From Patescibacteria group bacterium (GTDB taxonomy: Bacteria > Patescibacteriota > Minisyncoccia > UBA6257 > JACRHW01), in NCBI GenBank assembly GCA_028865725.1, contig JAGWJP010000002.1, positions 168,050 to 232,049 of the forward strand: 64,000 nucleotides of DNA, read 5' to 3'. This document shows positions 51,428-61,422 of this stretch, one piece after another (within the stretch, counting starts at the first letter, position 1; every line of letters begins with the position of its first letter). Below the pieces are notes generated by a model. It was not told the origin of the DNA. It saw nothing but the letters and a program-made list of their open reading frames with translations, and did no database searches. The position numbers and the translations under genes are program-made.

Positions 51428-51499
51428 GGGCGACTAGTTCAGTGGTAGAACGCTGTCCTGATAAGACAGAGGTCGGAGGTTCGATCCCTCCGTCGCCCA
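51428..51499 (+). tRNA. tRNA-Ile(GAT)
   Basis: CTGTC-CTGATAA-GACAG; GGTTCGATCCC. Confidence 0.95.
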
Positions 51500-51524
51500 C
51501 CGCTTATTCCTGGAATTCAAGGGC

Positions 51525-51599
51525 TCCTGATAAGACACGCGTGGGTGCCAGTCGGCACGCATGCGCGGAGGTTCAATCCCTCCGTCGCCCACCGCTTAT
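51525..51599 (+). pseudogene. 3'-part copy of tRNA-Ile carrying the same 30-nt hairpin
   Basis: TCCTGATAAGACA, hairpin, then GAGGTTCAATCCCTCCGTCGCCCACCGCTTAT. Confidence 0.75.
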
Positions 51600-51666
51600 C
51601 ATCTTGAAGGATACCTGCACTCACGGTACACTGAAACCACTGTACTTGTTTTTATTGTAGCATCCT

Positions 51667-52770
51667 ATGCCAGAAGAGGAGAAGCAATTGTTTAATGCGC
51701 TTGCCATTGCGACCGACAATGATTATTTTTTAATGCGCGCGCTCCATATGCGTTATGGCACCTATACGCAGGCATATCAATCTCTCATTACAAAAACAAT
51801 CGATCAGACTGATCTTGATGAAAAAACAAATGCCAAACTACACGAGACTGAAAAAGCTCTCCGCACACTTAATCCAGGCAAAGAATATGCGACTCTTATC
51901 AACCATAATATTACATTGCTCTTGCGAGAAGAAAGCGATCTCTACCCCCCACACCTTACCACACTCCCCCAACCTCCTCTTGGACTCTATCTTCAGGGCG
52001 ATATCACAGCATTCACGCGCAATACTGCTACACTCGGAATCGTAGGAACACGCACGCACTCCTCCTACGGCAAAGTGGCATGTGAACGAATCGTTCCGAC
52101 CCTCGCACGCTATCCCATCACCATCATAAGCGGTCTTGCGCTCGGTATCGATACGCTCGCACACGCCCTCACCCTCGCACACGGCGGCACTACCATCGCA
52201 GTCATAGGAAATGGATTCTCCTCATGGTATCCACATCAAAATAAGGAACTTGCGCATACTATTATAAAAAAGGGAGGCGCGGTTATCTCGGAATATCACT
52301 TTGCTACCCCTCCTCACAAATTCAATTTTCCACGAAGAAATAGAATCGTCGCAGGTCTTACTCAAGCAATATTAGTCATCGAAGCTCCTGAAAAAAGCGG
52401 ATCGCTCATTACCGCGCGGTATGCTCTTGAACTCAATAAAGATGTCCTCGCGATCCCAGGCGCAATCAATAGCCGCAATGCACAAGGCACAAATGCGCTT
52501 ATCAAAGACGGGGCGCTTGTCATCACATCACCCGAAGATATTCTCCAGTATTTTAATCTTACCGCCCTGCACGACCTACACGCTTACGAACTCACTCATC
52601 AAGAGGAAGAAATCCTTGCATTGCTTGACAAAAACAATGGAACCATGCAAACTGACTCCTTGTTGGCACAATGTGCACCGGAAGAGGCAGCCCAGACGAC
52701 TGCTCTTCTTACTGAAATGGAACTTAAAGACTATATCGAAATCTGGGGTACCCATATTATTAAAAAATAG
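51667..52770 (+). CDS. dprA: DNA-processing protein DprA
   Basis: IVGTR, IISGLALGID, FPRRNRIVAGL, EAPEKSGSLITA, GTNALIKDGA. Confidence 0.96.
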   Translation: MPEEEKQLFNALAIATDNDYFLMRALHMRYGTYTQAYQSLITKTIDQTDLDEKTNAKLHETEKALRTLNPGKEYATLINHNITLLLREESDLYPPHLTTLPQPPLGLYLQGDITAFTRNTATLGIVGTRTHSSYGKVACERIVPTLARYPITIISGLALGIDTLAHALTLAHGGTTIAVIGNGFSSWYPHQNKELAHTIIKKGGAVISEYHFATPPHKFNFPRRNRIVAGLTQAILVIEAPEKSGSLITARYALELNKDVLAIPGAINSRNAQGTNALIKDGALVITSPEDILQYFNLTALHDLHAYELTHQEEEILALLDKNNGTMQTDSLLAQCAPEEAAQTTALLTEMELKDYIEIWGTHIIKK

Positions 52771-52788
52771 AAACCACGTATCGCATCT

Positions 52789-54858
52789 ATGAAATTAGTT
52801 ATTGTAGAGTCTCCTACGAAAGCAAAAACCATTACTGGTTTTTTAGGCAAGGACTACGATATCGAATCGTCTTATGGTCATGTACGCGACCTTCCCAAAA
52901 GCGCGATCGGTATTGATATAGAACATAATTTCGAACCGAAGTATGTCATTCCGAGGAAGGCTGCTCCTCAAGTAAAAAAACTAAGAGCACTCGCAAAAAA
53001 AGCAGATGAAATCATTCTTGCCACTGATGAAGATCGAGAGGGAGAAGCTATTGCGTGGCATCTTTCAAAAGCGCTCGGCCTCGAGGGAGAGAGCCCCAAT
53101 GCATCAAAAAAAGTAGAGCGTATCGTATTTCATGAAATTACCAAAACCGCAATTAACGAGGCGCTGACCCATCCGCGCTCCGTCAATCTTGATGTGGTAA
53201 ACGCACAACAGGCGCGAAGAATCCTTGATCGTTTGGTAGGATACAAACTCTCGCCTTTTTTATGGAAAAAAATAAGCAAGGGGCTCTCCGCAGGACGCGT
53301 ACAGTCTGTCGCATTAAAACTAGTGGTAGACCGCGAAAAAGAAATAGAAGCATTTACGGCTGAAGAATATTGGACAATAAGCGCACTTCTCAAAAAAGGA
53401 TCGGACGAATTTTCAGCGGAACTTTCTAAAAAAGACGGGATGGTACTCGACAAACGAGCGATCCCTACAAAAAAAGAGGCACAAGAAATAGAGAGCGATC
53501 TACAACACGCCTCCTATACCGTCTCGGATGCACTCCATAAAGAGACATTCCGCCAACCCCCTGTCCCGTTTATTACCAGCACACTTCAACAGGAATCTTC
53601 AAAAAAACTACACCTGTCTGCTAAACAAACCATGATGCTTGCCCAGCAACTCTATGAAGGCGTTGACTTGGGCGGCGGACAAGTGGGCCTTATCACGTAC
53701 ATGCGTACCGACTCCACGAACATCGCTGAAGAGGCGCTCCACGCAACGAAACAATTTATTCACACCACGTACGGTGCCGAGTATGCTCTCGAAGCCCCAC
53801 GACGCTTTAAAAGCAAATCAAAACTTGCCCAAGAAGCCCATGAAGCAATCCGGCCTACCGATGTCACACGCACTCCAGAACTTGTAGCAAATTACCTCAC
53901 GCCTCAGCAACGCAAACTCTACCACCTTATCTGGGCACGTTTCGTGGCATCACAAATGCCACGTGCAAAATTTAGCCTCACTTCCATACAAATCACCGCG
54001 CAAAATTCTCATGACTATACGTTCAAAACAAACGGAAGCTCAATGCTCTTCGATGGCTTTTTAAAAGCGTGGCCTATCAAATATGAAGAGCGTCTCCTTC
54101 CCTCTCTTCTCGAACAAGACTCTCTTTCACTTATTAAAATCGATTCTTCACAACACTTCACTGAACCCCCCCCACGCTTTAACGAAGCAAGCCTTATCAA
54201 AATCCTCGAGGAAAATGGTGTAGGGCGCCCCGCAACCTACGCATCTACCCTCTCTGTTCTTGAGGAACGCAACTATGTGGACAAGAACGAAGATAGGCGA
54301 TTCCGTCCTACTGAGATAGGAAGAATGGTAAGTGATCTTTTAAGCGAGCACTTCCCGGAAATTGTAGATATTGGGTTTACTGCAAAAATGGAGGATGACT
54401 TGGATGGTGTTGCAGAAGGCAATACAAAGTGGGTGGAACTTCTCCGAGAATTTTACACGCCGTTTTCTGCTCATTTGGAACAAAAATACACGGAAGTAAA
54501 AAGTCAAAAAGTAGTTGAGGAAACAGACGAGATCTGCGATAAGTGCGGCAAAAAGATGTGGATCCGTCGAAGTCGATTTGGGAGATTTCTTGGTTGCTCT
54601 GGTTTTCCGGAATGTAAAAACACTCGTCCCTTGCCTGCTTCGTTAAGCACGACCGAAGAAAAAGGTGATCTTCCTGAATTGCCCTGTCCCACGTGTCACG
54701 AAGGAAAGATCGTGATGCGAAGAACAAAAAAACGAAGAATCTTCTACGGATGCTCACGCTATCCTGATTGTAATTACGCGACATGGACGAGACCGACTAC
54801 GCCAGCAGAGAATACGCCGGAAACCGTAAAAGAAGAGCAACGCGGAGAAGAGAAATAA
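52789..54858 (+). CDS. topA: DNA topoisomerase I
   Basis: IVESPTKAK, ATDEDREGE, SAGRVQS, ITYMRTDS; C-terminal zinc ribbons. Confidence 0.98.
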   Translation: MKLVIVESPTKAKTITGFLGKDYDIESSYGHVRDLPKSAIGIDIEHNFEPKYVIPRKAAPQVKKLRALAKKADEIILATDEDREGEAIAWHLSKALGLEGESPNASKKVERIVFHEITKTAINEALTHPRSVNLDVVNAQQARRILDRLVGYKLSPFLWKKISKGLSAGRVQSVALKLVVDREKEIEAFTAEEYWTISALLKKGSDEFSAELSKKDGMVLDKRAIPTKKEAQEIESDLQHASYTVSDALHKETFRQPPVPFITSTLQQESSKKLHLSAKQTMMLAQQLYEGVDLGGGQVGLITYMRTDSTNIAEEALHATKQFIHTTYGAEYALEAPRRFKSKSKLAQEAHEAIRPTDVTRTPELVANYLTPQQRKLYHLIWARFVASQMPRAKFSLTSIQITAQNSHDYTFKTNGSSMLFDGFLKAWPIKYEERLLPSLLEQDSLSLIKIDSSQHFTEPPPRFNEASLIKILEENGVGRPATYASTLSVLEERNYVDKNEDRRFRPTEIGRMVSDLLSEHFPEIVDIGFTAKMEDDLDGVAEGNTKWVELLREFYTPFSAHLEQKYTEVKSQKVVEETDEICDKCGKKMWIRRSRFGRFLGCSGFPECKNTRPLPASLSTTEEKGDLPELPCPTCHEGKIVMRRTKKRRIFYGCSRYPDCNYATWTRPTTPAENTPETVKEEQRGEEK

Positions 54859-54915
54859 CTTGATGTATTTCTTAATATTTGCTTTCAACAATATTGAAAG
54901 CGAGGATGTGAATAC

Positions 54916-55035
54916 ATGAAATACAAATTCATCGGAATTGGTATGATGTGGATTGGCTACGGAATCGCTCTGGTAGGCGTCGTCGGTGCAATGATTGTCG
55001 GGTTTGCCTCCGAAGAAGTAGCAAAAGCTAAGTAA
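54916..55035 (+). CDS. 39-aa single-TM small protein
   Basis: MKYKFIGIGMMWIGYGIALVGVVGAMIVGFASEEVAKAK; GAGG SD; terminator near 55048-55068. Confidence 0.5.
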   Translation: MKYKFIGIGMMWIGYGIALVGVVGAMIVGFASEEVAKAK

Positions 55036-55073
55036 AATACAAAAAATACCGTCCAAGCTTGGGCGGTTTGTTA

Positions 55074-55349
55074 TTAATGCGACTGATTAAGAGCGAGATG
55101 AAGCTGGTGTTCTCTACGACACGCGCGCACTGACTCTACCGTGTAATTCATGCGATATTCCGCGTTCATGCGTGCGGCAAAGAGCAATAAATCGTCATCG
55201 CTGGCAAATGCCCAAGTATGACACAAGGTGTTTCTAATCCGCACAAGAAACGGATCCGAATCGTCGATATAACACATGCTCAACGCAGCTCTTTGGAGCA
55301 TAAGGTCAAGAATTTTCTTAAAAAAATCATCTGAGTCGACAGGCTGCAT
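55074..55349 (-). CDS. Hypothetical protein
   Basis: 91 aa from MQPVDS after a G-rich RBS. Confidence 0.45.
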   Translation of the reverse strand: MQPVDSDDFFKKILDLMLQRAALSMCYIDDSDPFLVRIRNTLCHTWAFASDDDLLLFAARMNAEYRMNYTVESVRACRREHQLHLALNQSH

Positions 55350-55405
55350 TTCCCCGGTTCCCCCTTGTCTAAATGCTAATAACTTCATATCTTAAGAATA
55401 ACCCT

Positions 55406-57094
55406 ATGTCAACATTAATGGAAAAATTAAATACAAGCCCGCTTGTAAAGCACGCCTACGATTTTGCGGAACATGCGCACAAAGGGCAGCTACGCAAAAG
55501 TGGAGATCCCTATTTTACTCATTGCGTCGGCGTCGCGGAATCGGTGTTAAAATGGAACCTCGACGATCAAAGCATCGCCGCAGCGCTTTTGCATGATGTA
55601 GTAGAAGACACATCCTACACACGGGAAGATATCGCCTCTCAATTTGGAAAAGAGGTTGCATTTCTCGTAGAGGGGCTGACAAAACTCGAAGAGGCCGAGT
55701 CGCGAGGATCCCACAGCGAAGCTGAAAGTCTACGAAAAATGCTGCTCGCCATGGTGGAAGATCCGCGTGTAATTATTATTAAACTCGCGGATCGTTATCA
55801 TAATCTCCGCACACTTCAACACCTTTCGCCAGAACGGCAAAAAACATTTGCAAAAGAATCCATCGATATCTTTGCCCCTATTGCCTATCGTCTTGGCATG
55901 AATGAGTTAAAAGGAGAAATTGAGGATATAAGTTTCCCTTATGCATTTCCGGAAGAATACGCATGGGTAATGAACACATTCAAAGGACTGTATGCGGAAC
56001 GCGCCAACTACCTGCGTCGGGTCACTATTCATCTTTCTCAAGAGTTTTCGCGTTATCATATCCCCATCACAGAAATACAGACACGCGCTAAACATCACTA
56101 CAGCCTTTATAAAAAACTCCTCAAGTATAATATGAATCAGGATAAGATTTATGATCTTGTTGCCGTCCGCATCATCGTTCCCTCGGTAGGAGACTGTTAT
56201 GCCGTGCTCGGCATGCTTCACAAGCTTTGGAAACCACTTCCGGGACGTATTAAAGATTACATCGCGATGAAAAAACCGAACGGATACCAAAGTTTGCATA
56301 CCACGGTATTTTGTCTCGATAACCGGATTACCGAATTTCAGATCCGAACCCAAGATATGCACGCTCTCGCAGAAAATGGCGTTGCCGCACACTGGCTTTA
56401 TAAAGAACAAACGCGCGGATCCGATGCGGTGTCTGCCGCAAAAGCGCGGCTAGGTGAAACAGAGCGCCAATGGATAGAACGCCTTCGTAATTGGCAAAAC
56501 GATTTTACATCTTCAGAAGAATTCGTGGATTCTCTGAAACACGATGTTTTATCCGATCAAATTTATGTGTTCACGCCTCAAGGTGATATTGTAGAACTTC
56601 CCGATGGATCGAGCCCGTTGGATTTTGCCTATAAAATACATACGGAGATCGGCAACACGTATGCGGGCGCGAAGGCGGATGGCCACATTGTCTCGCTTAC
56701 CTATCGCCTCCAAAACGGTCAAATTGTTGAAGTAATGACACAAAAAAATAAAAAACCTGCGCGTGATTGGATAAAAACCGCGCATACAAGCCTTGCACGC
56801 AAAAAAATTAAACATGAACTCAATGTTCTTGAACAAAAAACACGTCCCACAACTACACGTCTTGAGTTAAAATTAACGGTAGAAAATAGAGTAGGAATGC
56901 TACGTGATGCGACAGAACTTCTAAGTGCACATCACTGCAATATCGAAAAAGTAACCTCTGGGGCCACACTCGATAAATTTACCACCCTTTCGTTTTTGTG
57001 CACCTTCAAAGAAAAAAGTGTTCCCTCTGCGCTTGTGGTCAAACTAAAAAAGATACGCGGAATCAAGGAAGTGGAATACAAGGTGAAAAACTAG
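55406..57094 (+). CDS. rel: RelA/SpoT homolog (HD-synthetase-TGS-ACT)
   Basis: LLHDVVED, KLADRYHN, KPNGYQSLHT, EFQIRT, FTPQG..DFAY.IHT. Confidence 0.95.
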   Translation: MSTLMEKLNTSPLVKHAYDFAEHAHKGQLRKSGDPYFTHCVGVAESVLKWNLDDQSIAAALLHDVVEDTSYTREDIASQFGKEVAFLVEGLTKLEEAESRGSHSEAESLRKMLLAMVEDPRVIIIKLADRYHNLRTLQHLSPERQKTFAKESIDIFAPIAYRLGMNELKGEIEDISFPYAFPEEYAWVMNTFKGLYAERANYLRRVTIHLSQEFSRYHIPITEIQTRAKHHYSLYKKLLKYNMNQDKIYDLVAVRIIVPSVGDCYAVLGMLHKLWKPLPGRIKDYIAMKKPNGYQSLHTTVFCLDNRITEFQIRTQDMHALAENGVAAHWLYKEQTRGSDAVSAAKARLGETERQWIERLRNWQNDFTSSEEFVDSLKHDVLSDQIYVFTPQGDIVELPDGSSPLDFAYKIHTEIGNTYAGAKADGHIVSLTYRLQNGQIVEVMTQKNKKPARDWIKTAHTSLARKKIKHELNVLEQKTRPTTTRLELKLTVENRVGMLRDATELLSAHHCNIEKVTSGATLDKFTTLSFLCTFKEKSVPSALVVKLKKIRGIKEVEYKVKN

Positions 57095-57214
57095 GCTTTA
57101 GCCACCAGGATTTCGAATAGAGAACAAAAGTAATTAGTGTTTAGGGCGGGTACGCTGCAGGAGGTCTTGAGGAGCGTCCTGAGTTTTTTCTATTCTACAC
57201 CTTTTACCATGTAA

Positions 57215-57252
57215 ATTATCCTCTATCTGACGATCGTCAGATAGAGGATAAT
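57215..57252. repeat. Perfect 38-bp palindrome
   Basis: ATTATCCTCTATCTGACGA-TCGTCAGATAGAGGATAAT. Confidence 0.85.
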
Positions 57253-57318
57253 AACCAACAATTTAAAATAGAAAAAGAAGTCTTCTCTCCTAACCTTAGC
57301 GTCCTAAACCCTAACGCA

Positions 57319-58506
57319 CTAGCTTTGGTGAAACTCGGATTGCAACTCTGATTCAGTAAACTCTGGCTCCCCTTCTTGCGGCATCTCTCCATGGATGGGT
57401 ACACGCACTTCATCTCCCGTCAGAAGCGTCTGCCCCACAAGACGTTCAATAAGCTCCTTTAATTCATCATCGGAGTAAAATGAAATACTAATTTTTCCTT
57501 TATTACCCGTGCGCTCAACTGACACAGGTTTTCCAAACACAGTTTCTAACGAACGCTCAAGTTGGCTCACAGCAGGATCAATGTCTACCACCCGCTGCCG
57601 ATGCGTCAATGAAGAATTTACAATATTTTGTACACGATTCACCATAGCTTCCGTTTCGCGTACAGAAAGGTTTCTTGAAAGAATCTCCGTGAGTACTGCG
57701 CGCTGTTTTTCGGGATTTACGACACGTAGCATAAGCCGTGCATGAGAATCGGTGATTTTGTGTTCTTCCAAGGCTTTTTGTGCTTCGTAGGGAAGCTGCA
57801 AAAGACGAATGGTATTTGATACCGCCTCCCTACTCTTTCCCATACGATGACTAATCTCGCGTTGAGAAAGCCCAAACTCATCGGAGAGACGCGCAAACGC
57901 ACGCGCCATTTCGATAGAGTTTAATTCGGAACGCTGAAGATTTTCAATAATAGCCATTTCAAGTTTTTCCCTGTCCTCTCTGTTTTCTTTAATAATTGCG
58001 GGAATGTGCTCAAGGCCAATCTGTCGCGAAGCAAGAAGGCGGCGCTCGCCTGCAATAAGTTGGTATTCAGCCTCCTCCCCTTCATGTTCGATTTTTGAAA
58101 CGACGATAGGCTGCAAAATCCCATATTCACGAATAGAGGCCGCAAGTTCTTCAAGCGCCACAGGATCAAAATGCTTTCGCGGCTGAAAGGGATTTGATTT
58201 TACTTTTGCGGTTTCTACCCAAAACACAGGTTCCTTGATAGGTTCCTCGTAACGCTGGGGATCGAGCACATAGCTTACTTTATCAAGATGAATTTCAGGA
58301 TCAGCAAAGACGGGCACCGCAGAAACAGGCTCTCCACCCCACGCCTCCTCCGCAAGTGACGGCGGATTCTGAAATTCAGAAAAAGAATACTCTTGAGGAT
58401 TATACACCGCTTCGTGATATTCATACCGCCCTGCAGTAGAATCGGCAGAGGCATCATAATACCCGCTAAACTCATTGTAATTCAATTGTGGATCGTGTGG
58501 CTCCAT
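57319..58506 (-). CDS. parB: ParB/Spo0J partition protein with acidic N-terminal extension
   Basis: NPFQPRKHF, YGILQPIVV, IAGERRL, IIENLQR, HTH. Confidence 0.95.
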   Translation of the reverse strand: MEPHDPQLNYNEFSGYYDASADSTAGRYEYHEAVYNPQEYSFSEFQNPPSLAEEAWGGEPVSAVPVFADPEIHLDKVSYVLDPQRYEEPIKEPVFWVETAKVKSNPFQPRKHFDPVALEELAASIREYGILQPIVVSKIEHEGEEAEYQLIAGERRLLASRQIGLEHIPAIIKENREDREKLEMAIIENLQRSELNSIEMARAFARLSDEFGLSQREISHRMGKSREAVSNTIRLLQLPYEAQKALEEHKITDSHARLMLRVVNPEKQRAVLTEILSRNLSVRETEAMVNRVQNIVNSSLTHRQRVVDIDPAVSQLERSLETVFGKPVSVERTGNKGKISISFYSDDELKELIERLVGQTLLTGDEVRVPIHGEMPQEGEPEFTESELQSEFHQS

Positions 58507-58520
58507 ACCTCATAATCACA

Positions 58521-59192
58521 TTATTTCTCCTTTCTTTCAATAAGCCCTTGGGCGATAAGTGAAGAAAGCGCCTTCGATAGTATCCCCTCCCGCACAAGAG
58601 TCCATGGCGTGGTCGTTCCATCAAGAATAGTCGAAGGGATTCCTCCAAGCTTTGTTTCGACGCCTACCACCAGATCAGGAGAAGCTGTACCGTATTGAAA
58701 ATAATCCACCACCTCCTCTCCCGTCGTCGCAGTAGGTTGCGAAGCAGGATTTGCGCTCGTTTGGGCAAGAGGGGCGGGGTATGCCGCAAGCAGCGACAAA
58801 AGAAATGGATAGGCAGGAATGCGAAGCGCGAGCGTGCGTGTATCTCCCCGCGCCGCGGTCACACGCGAATCGAGAGGCACTGCATCGCGTAGCAACTGAA
58901 TAACAGTAGTAGCGCCAGGCCACACGCGAGACAGAATATGCCGATCCGACGTACGGAGGAATACAAGATCTTCCGCCCGAGCGAGGCTGCTCACAAAGAT
59001 CGCAGTGGGCTTCTTAGAGTCGCGGATTTTAATAGAAAATAATCGATCAAGCGCCCGTGTTTGTGTCGCATCGGCCACAAGCCCATAGACCGTATCGGTG
59101 GGAAGCGCAATAACGCCCCCACCCCGCAACACCTCAATACATTCATCACGTAATATGCGCTGATGTTCTGGTTTTATTATAACATATTTCAT
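58521..59192 (-). CDS. tsaC: L-threonylcarbamoyladenylate synthase (YrdC/Sua5)
   Basis: ALPTDTVYGL, WPG, ALRIP, TSANPAS, PSTILD. Confidence 0.93.
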   Translation of the reverse strand: MKYVIIKPEHQRILRDECIEVLRGGGVIALPTDTVYGLVADATQTRALDRLFSIKIRDSKKPTAIFVSSLARAEDLVFLRTSDRHILSRVWPGATTVIQLLRDAVPLDSRVTAARGDTRTLALRIPAYPFLLSLLAAYPAPLAQTSANPASQPTATTGEEVVDYFQYGTASPDLVVGVETKLGGIPSTILDGTTTPWTLVREGILSKALSSLIAQGLIERKEK

Positions 59193-59305
59193 GTAAACGT
59201 GGAATGGCGATACGTTTAAGTTACGTCATATTGTGACGCAAAGGTACTACCCTTGTCAAAACACGCTATTCCCATATACAATAATACATACAATCCACAT
59301 TCTAG

Positions 59306-59392
59306 GCCGAGGTGGCGGAACTGGCAGACGCACAGGACTCAAAATCCTGCGATCGCAAGGTCATGAGGGTTCGATTCCCTCCCTCGGCACCA
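59306..59392 (+). tRNA. tRNA-Leu(CAA)
   Basis: CAGGA-CTCAAAA-TCCTG; encoded CCA. Confidence 0.95.
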
Positions 59393-59536
59393 TGAGCGCA
59401 TGCGAATGGGGACGAGGAGCACGCAAATGTCTTGCGTGCGTGAGGAATCGAAAGCCGGACTGAGCGCACATGCGAAGGAGGCGGGGTCGCGAGTCGCCGA
59501 AGGCGAACTTGTGACCGATTCCCTCCCTCGGCACCA
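59393..59536 (+). mobile_element. Miniature tRNA-integrated element ending in a 21-bp duplication of the tRNA 3' end
   Basis: CGATTCCCTCCCTCGGCACCA at 59372-59392 and again at 59516-59536. Confidence 0.6.
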
Positions 59537-59582
59537 CGTTCGACCTTTTACAAATTATTTTTCACAACGAGGAAGAAGAATA

Positions 59583-59774
59583 ATGACAGAAGAAGCGAAA
59601 TGCGCACAAGCTCTGATGATCATCATTGAAAGGACGATAGACACGTATCAAGGTGAGCACCCTGGTGATGTAAAGGAAGAGATTTTTATCCTTTTCGAGA
59701 ACGCAACACAAGTCCATTACACGAAAACCCATGATAAGCCCCGAGAAGCCATCAATGATATTTCTTCACATTAA
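59583..59774 (+). CDS. Small hypothetical protein
   Basis: MTEEAKCAQ..., 63 aa; GAGG SD. Confidence 0.45.
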   Translation: MTEEAKCAQALMIIIERTIDTYQGEHPGDVKEEIFILFENATQVHYTKTHDKPREAINDISSH

Positions 59775-59901
59775 AAGAGTTCTCCCTACTCTAAATGGCG
59801 GGGCTTTTGTCTGATAAAGTAAATCCATACGGACCTCCGTCCGCAGATTTTTCTGGGTAATAAACAAAATCCGCTCCGATAGCCATCGGAGCGGTGTTTT
59901 T

Positions 59902-60810
59902 TTATTTTTGTGTTTTACAATATCTAATGAACCCTTCGGAGATAATCTCCGCAACGCGCTCTCTGCCCTGTGCGGTAGACAAAAAATGCAAATCAATATT
60001 ATTTCGCATATTACCGGTCTCAACTAAGACACAATCCTCTGCTCGGTTAAATCGCGGATCAATCACCATGTATCCTCGTTTCATGCTGGAATGAAAGATA
60101 ATCTCCTCGTACCCACGGCGCTTTACGCGTGCCATCTTATTCTGTTTTGCCACATAAGCAATTGATGTACTTAAATACGAGTGGGTACCATAAAATGAAT
60201 ATACGCGTATCCCGCGCGTAAGTGGCGCCGTGGAATCTACATGGACAGACACAAACAAAACATGCCGCCTCCCAAAACGGCGTACTTTCTGGTTTACTAC
60301 CTCGGTACGGCAGCTTAAAATCCGTTCAAGATCAGTACGTGCATAGGGGGAAGAAGGAAGCAATACCTTAAGATCCATCATGTGAGGGGGTGGTGCACAA
60401 GGATGCCAAAATGCATAACTATCATTACGCGTTGAATAAGGCGGATCCTCCAAGGTCTTATACACACCTGAAGCACCATGCCGAGCGAGATTCCACACTA
60501 AACGCCGTGCAAGATCAAACGTAATGGCACTCTCCGCAATAGAAATCTTTTTATTGCCCTCGAGAACGAGAGTGCGTATTGCTCCCGGATCATTATCTCC
60601 GTGCCCAGGATCTACGACGATATAAAAACCGCGGAGCGTCGAATCTTTGGGAATCGCGGTACGCATAGATGCAACCTCATGTTTTTGGGCGAAAATTTCC
60701 TGTTGAATTTCAAGCGCAGAGGGTGCGCGCGGCACACGCGCCATCACGATTGCACTCACCCCAATAAGAAACAGCGCGCACAACACTCCTATGCGCTTCA
60801 TGTTCCTCAT
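59902..60810 (-). CDS. N-acetylmuramoyl-L-alanine amidase (Amidase_3), secreted
   Basis: IVVDPGHG, E, FVSVHVDS, LVETGNM; N-terminal signal. Confidence 0.88.
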   Translation of the reverse strand: MRNMKRIGVLCALFLIGVSAIVMARVPRAPSALEIQQEIFAQKHEVASMRTAIPKDSTLRGFYIVVDPGHGDNDPGAIRTLVLEGNKKISIAESAITFDLARRLVWNLARHGASGVYKTLEDPPYSTRNDSYAFWHPCAPPPHMMDLKVLLPSSPYARTDLERILSCRTEVVNQKVRRFGRRHVLFVSVHVDSTAPLTRGIRVYSFYGTHSYLSTSIAYVAKQNKMARVKRRGYEEIIFHSSMKRGYMVIDPRFNRAEDCVLVETGNMRNNIDLHFLSTAQGRERVAEIISEGFIRYCKTQK

Positions 60811-60906
60811 CCTTTCCTTACATAGTAATGGCAATGAACTATCCCTATCCTCCCCTATTTATTATTGTAAAGTCAAGGATGCTGCAAGGGCGGCTCACAC
60901 ATGAAT

Positions 60907-61371
60907 CTAAAGATGCATATCCACCCTCTCACCTTCTGTGATACCATGGTGCTCTGAAAACCCTCCGTTTACCTCAAGCACATACTGTGCGGGGTGCGCA
61001 GGACTATATGTTTTTGGAGGTGCTCCCTCTATCAGGGGCGGCACGCGATGAGCAATAGTGATAATGGTGCCTTGTCCATCGATCCATATGATATCGAGAG
61101 GGAAGTTCATGTGGGGCATCCAAAATTGGTAGTATTCAGGATGAGAAAACACAAAAAGCATACCCGATGACGATGCCAATGCGGTACGGTACGAAAGTCC
61201 GCGTTCCTGCTCCTCCGGCGTATCTGCGCGTTCAACGGAAATAGTAGTGCTTCCTATAGTGACAAAAGGGCCTTGAATATGCCGAAGCGGCCTCAAATAA
61301 AAACCGGATAATAGAAAAAATGCGCTTATGAAAAGCGCCGCAACTCCTCCTATCCACACATACGTCTTCAT
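60907..61371 (-). CDS. DUF192 family protein
   Basis: ADTPEEQERGLS.R, GMLFVF, FWM, PLDIIW, YVLEVNGG. Confidence 0.9.
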   Translation of the reverse strand: MKTYVWIGGVAALFISAFFLLSGFYLRPLRHIQGPFVTIGSTTISVERADTPEEQERGLSYRTALASSSGMLFVFSHPEYYQFWMPHMNFPLDIIWIDGQGTIITIAHRVPPLIEGAPPKTYSPAHPAQYVLEVNGGFSEHHGITEGERVDMHL

Positions 61372-61422
61372 ATCTCATATCTTAACGAAGAATAAAAATC
61401 ACGGCAATGCCGTGACAAGTTG

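Noticed and set aside
59190-59207. ACGTGGAA half-site near tsaC/parB as parS
   Set aside because: Only one half matches; not palindromic.
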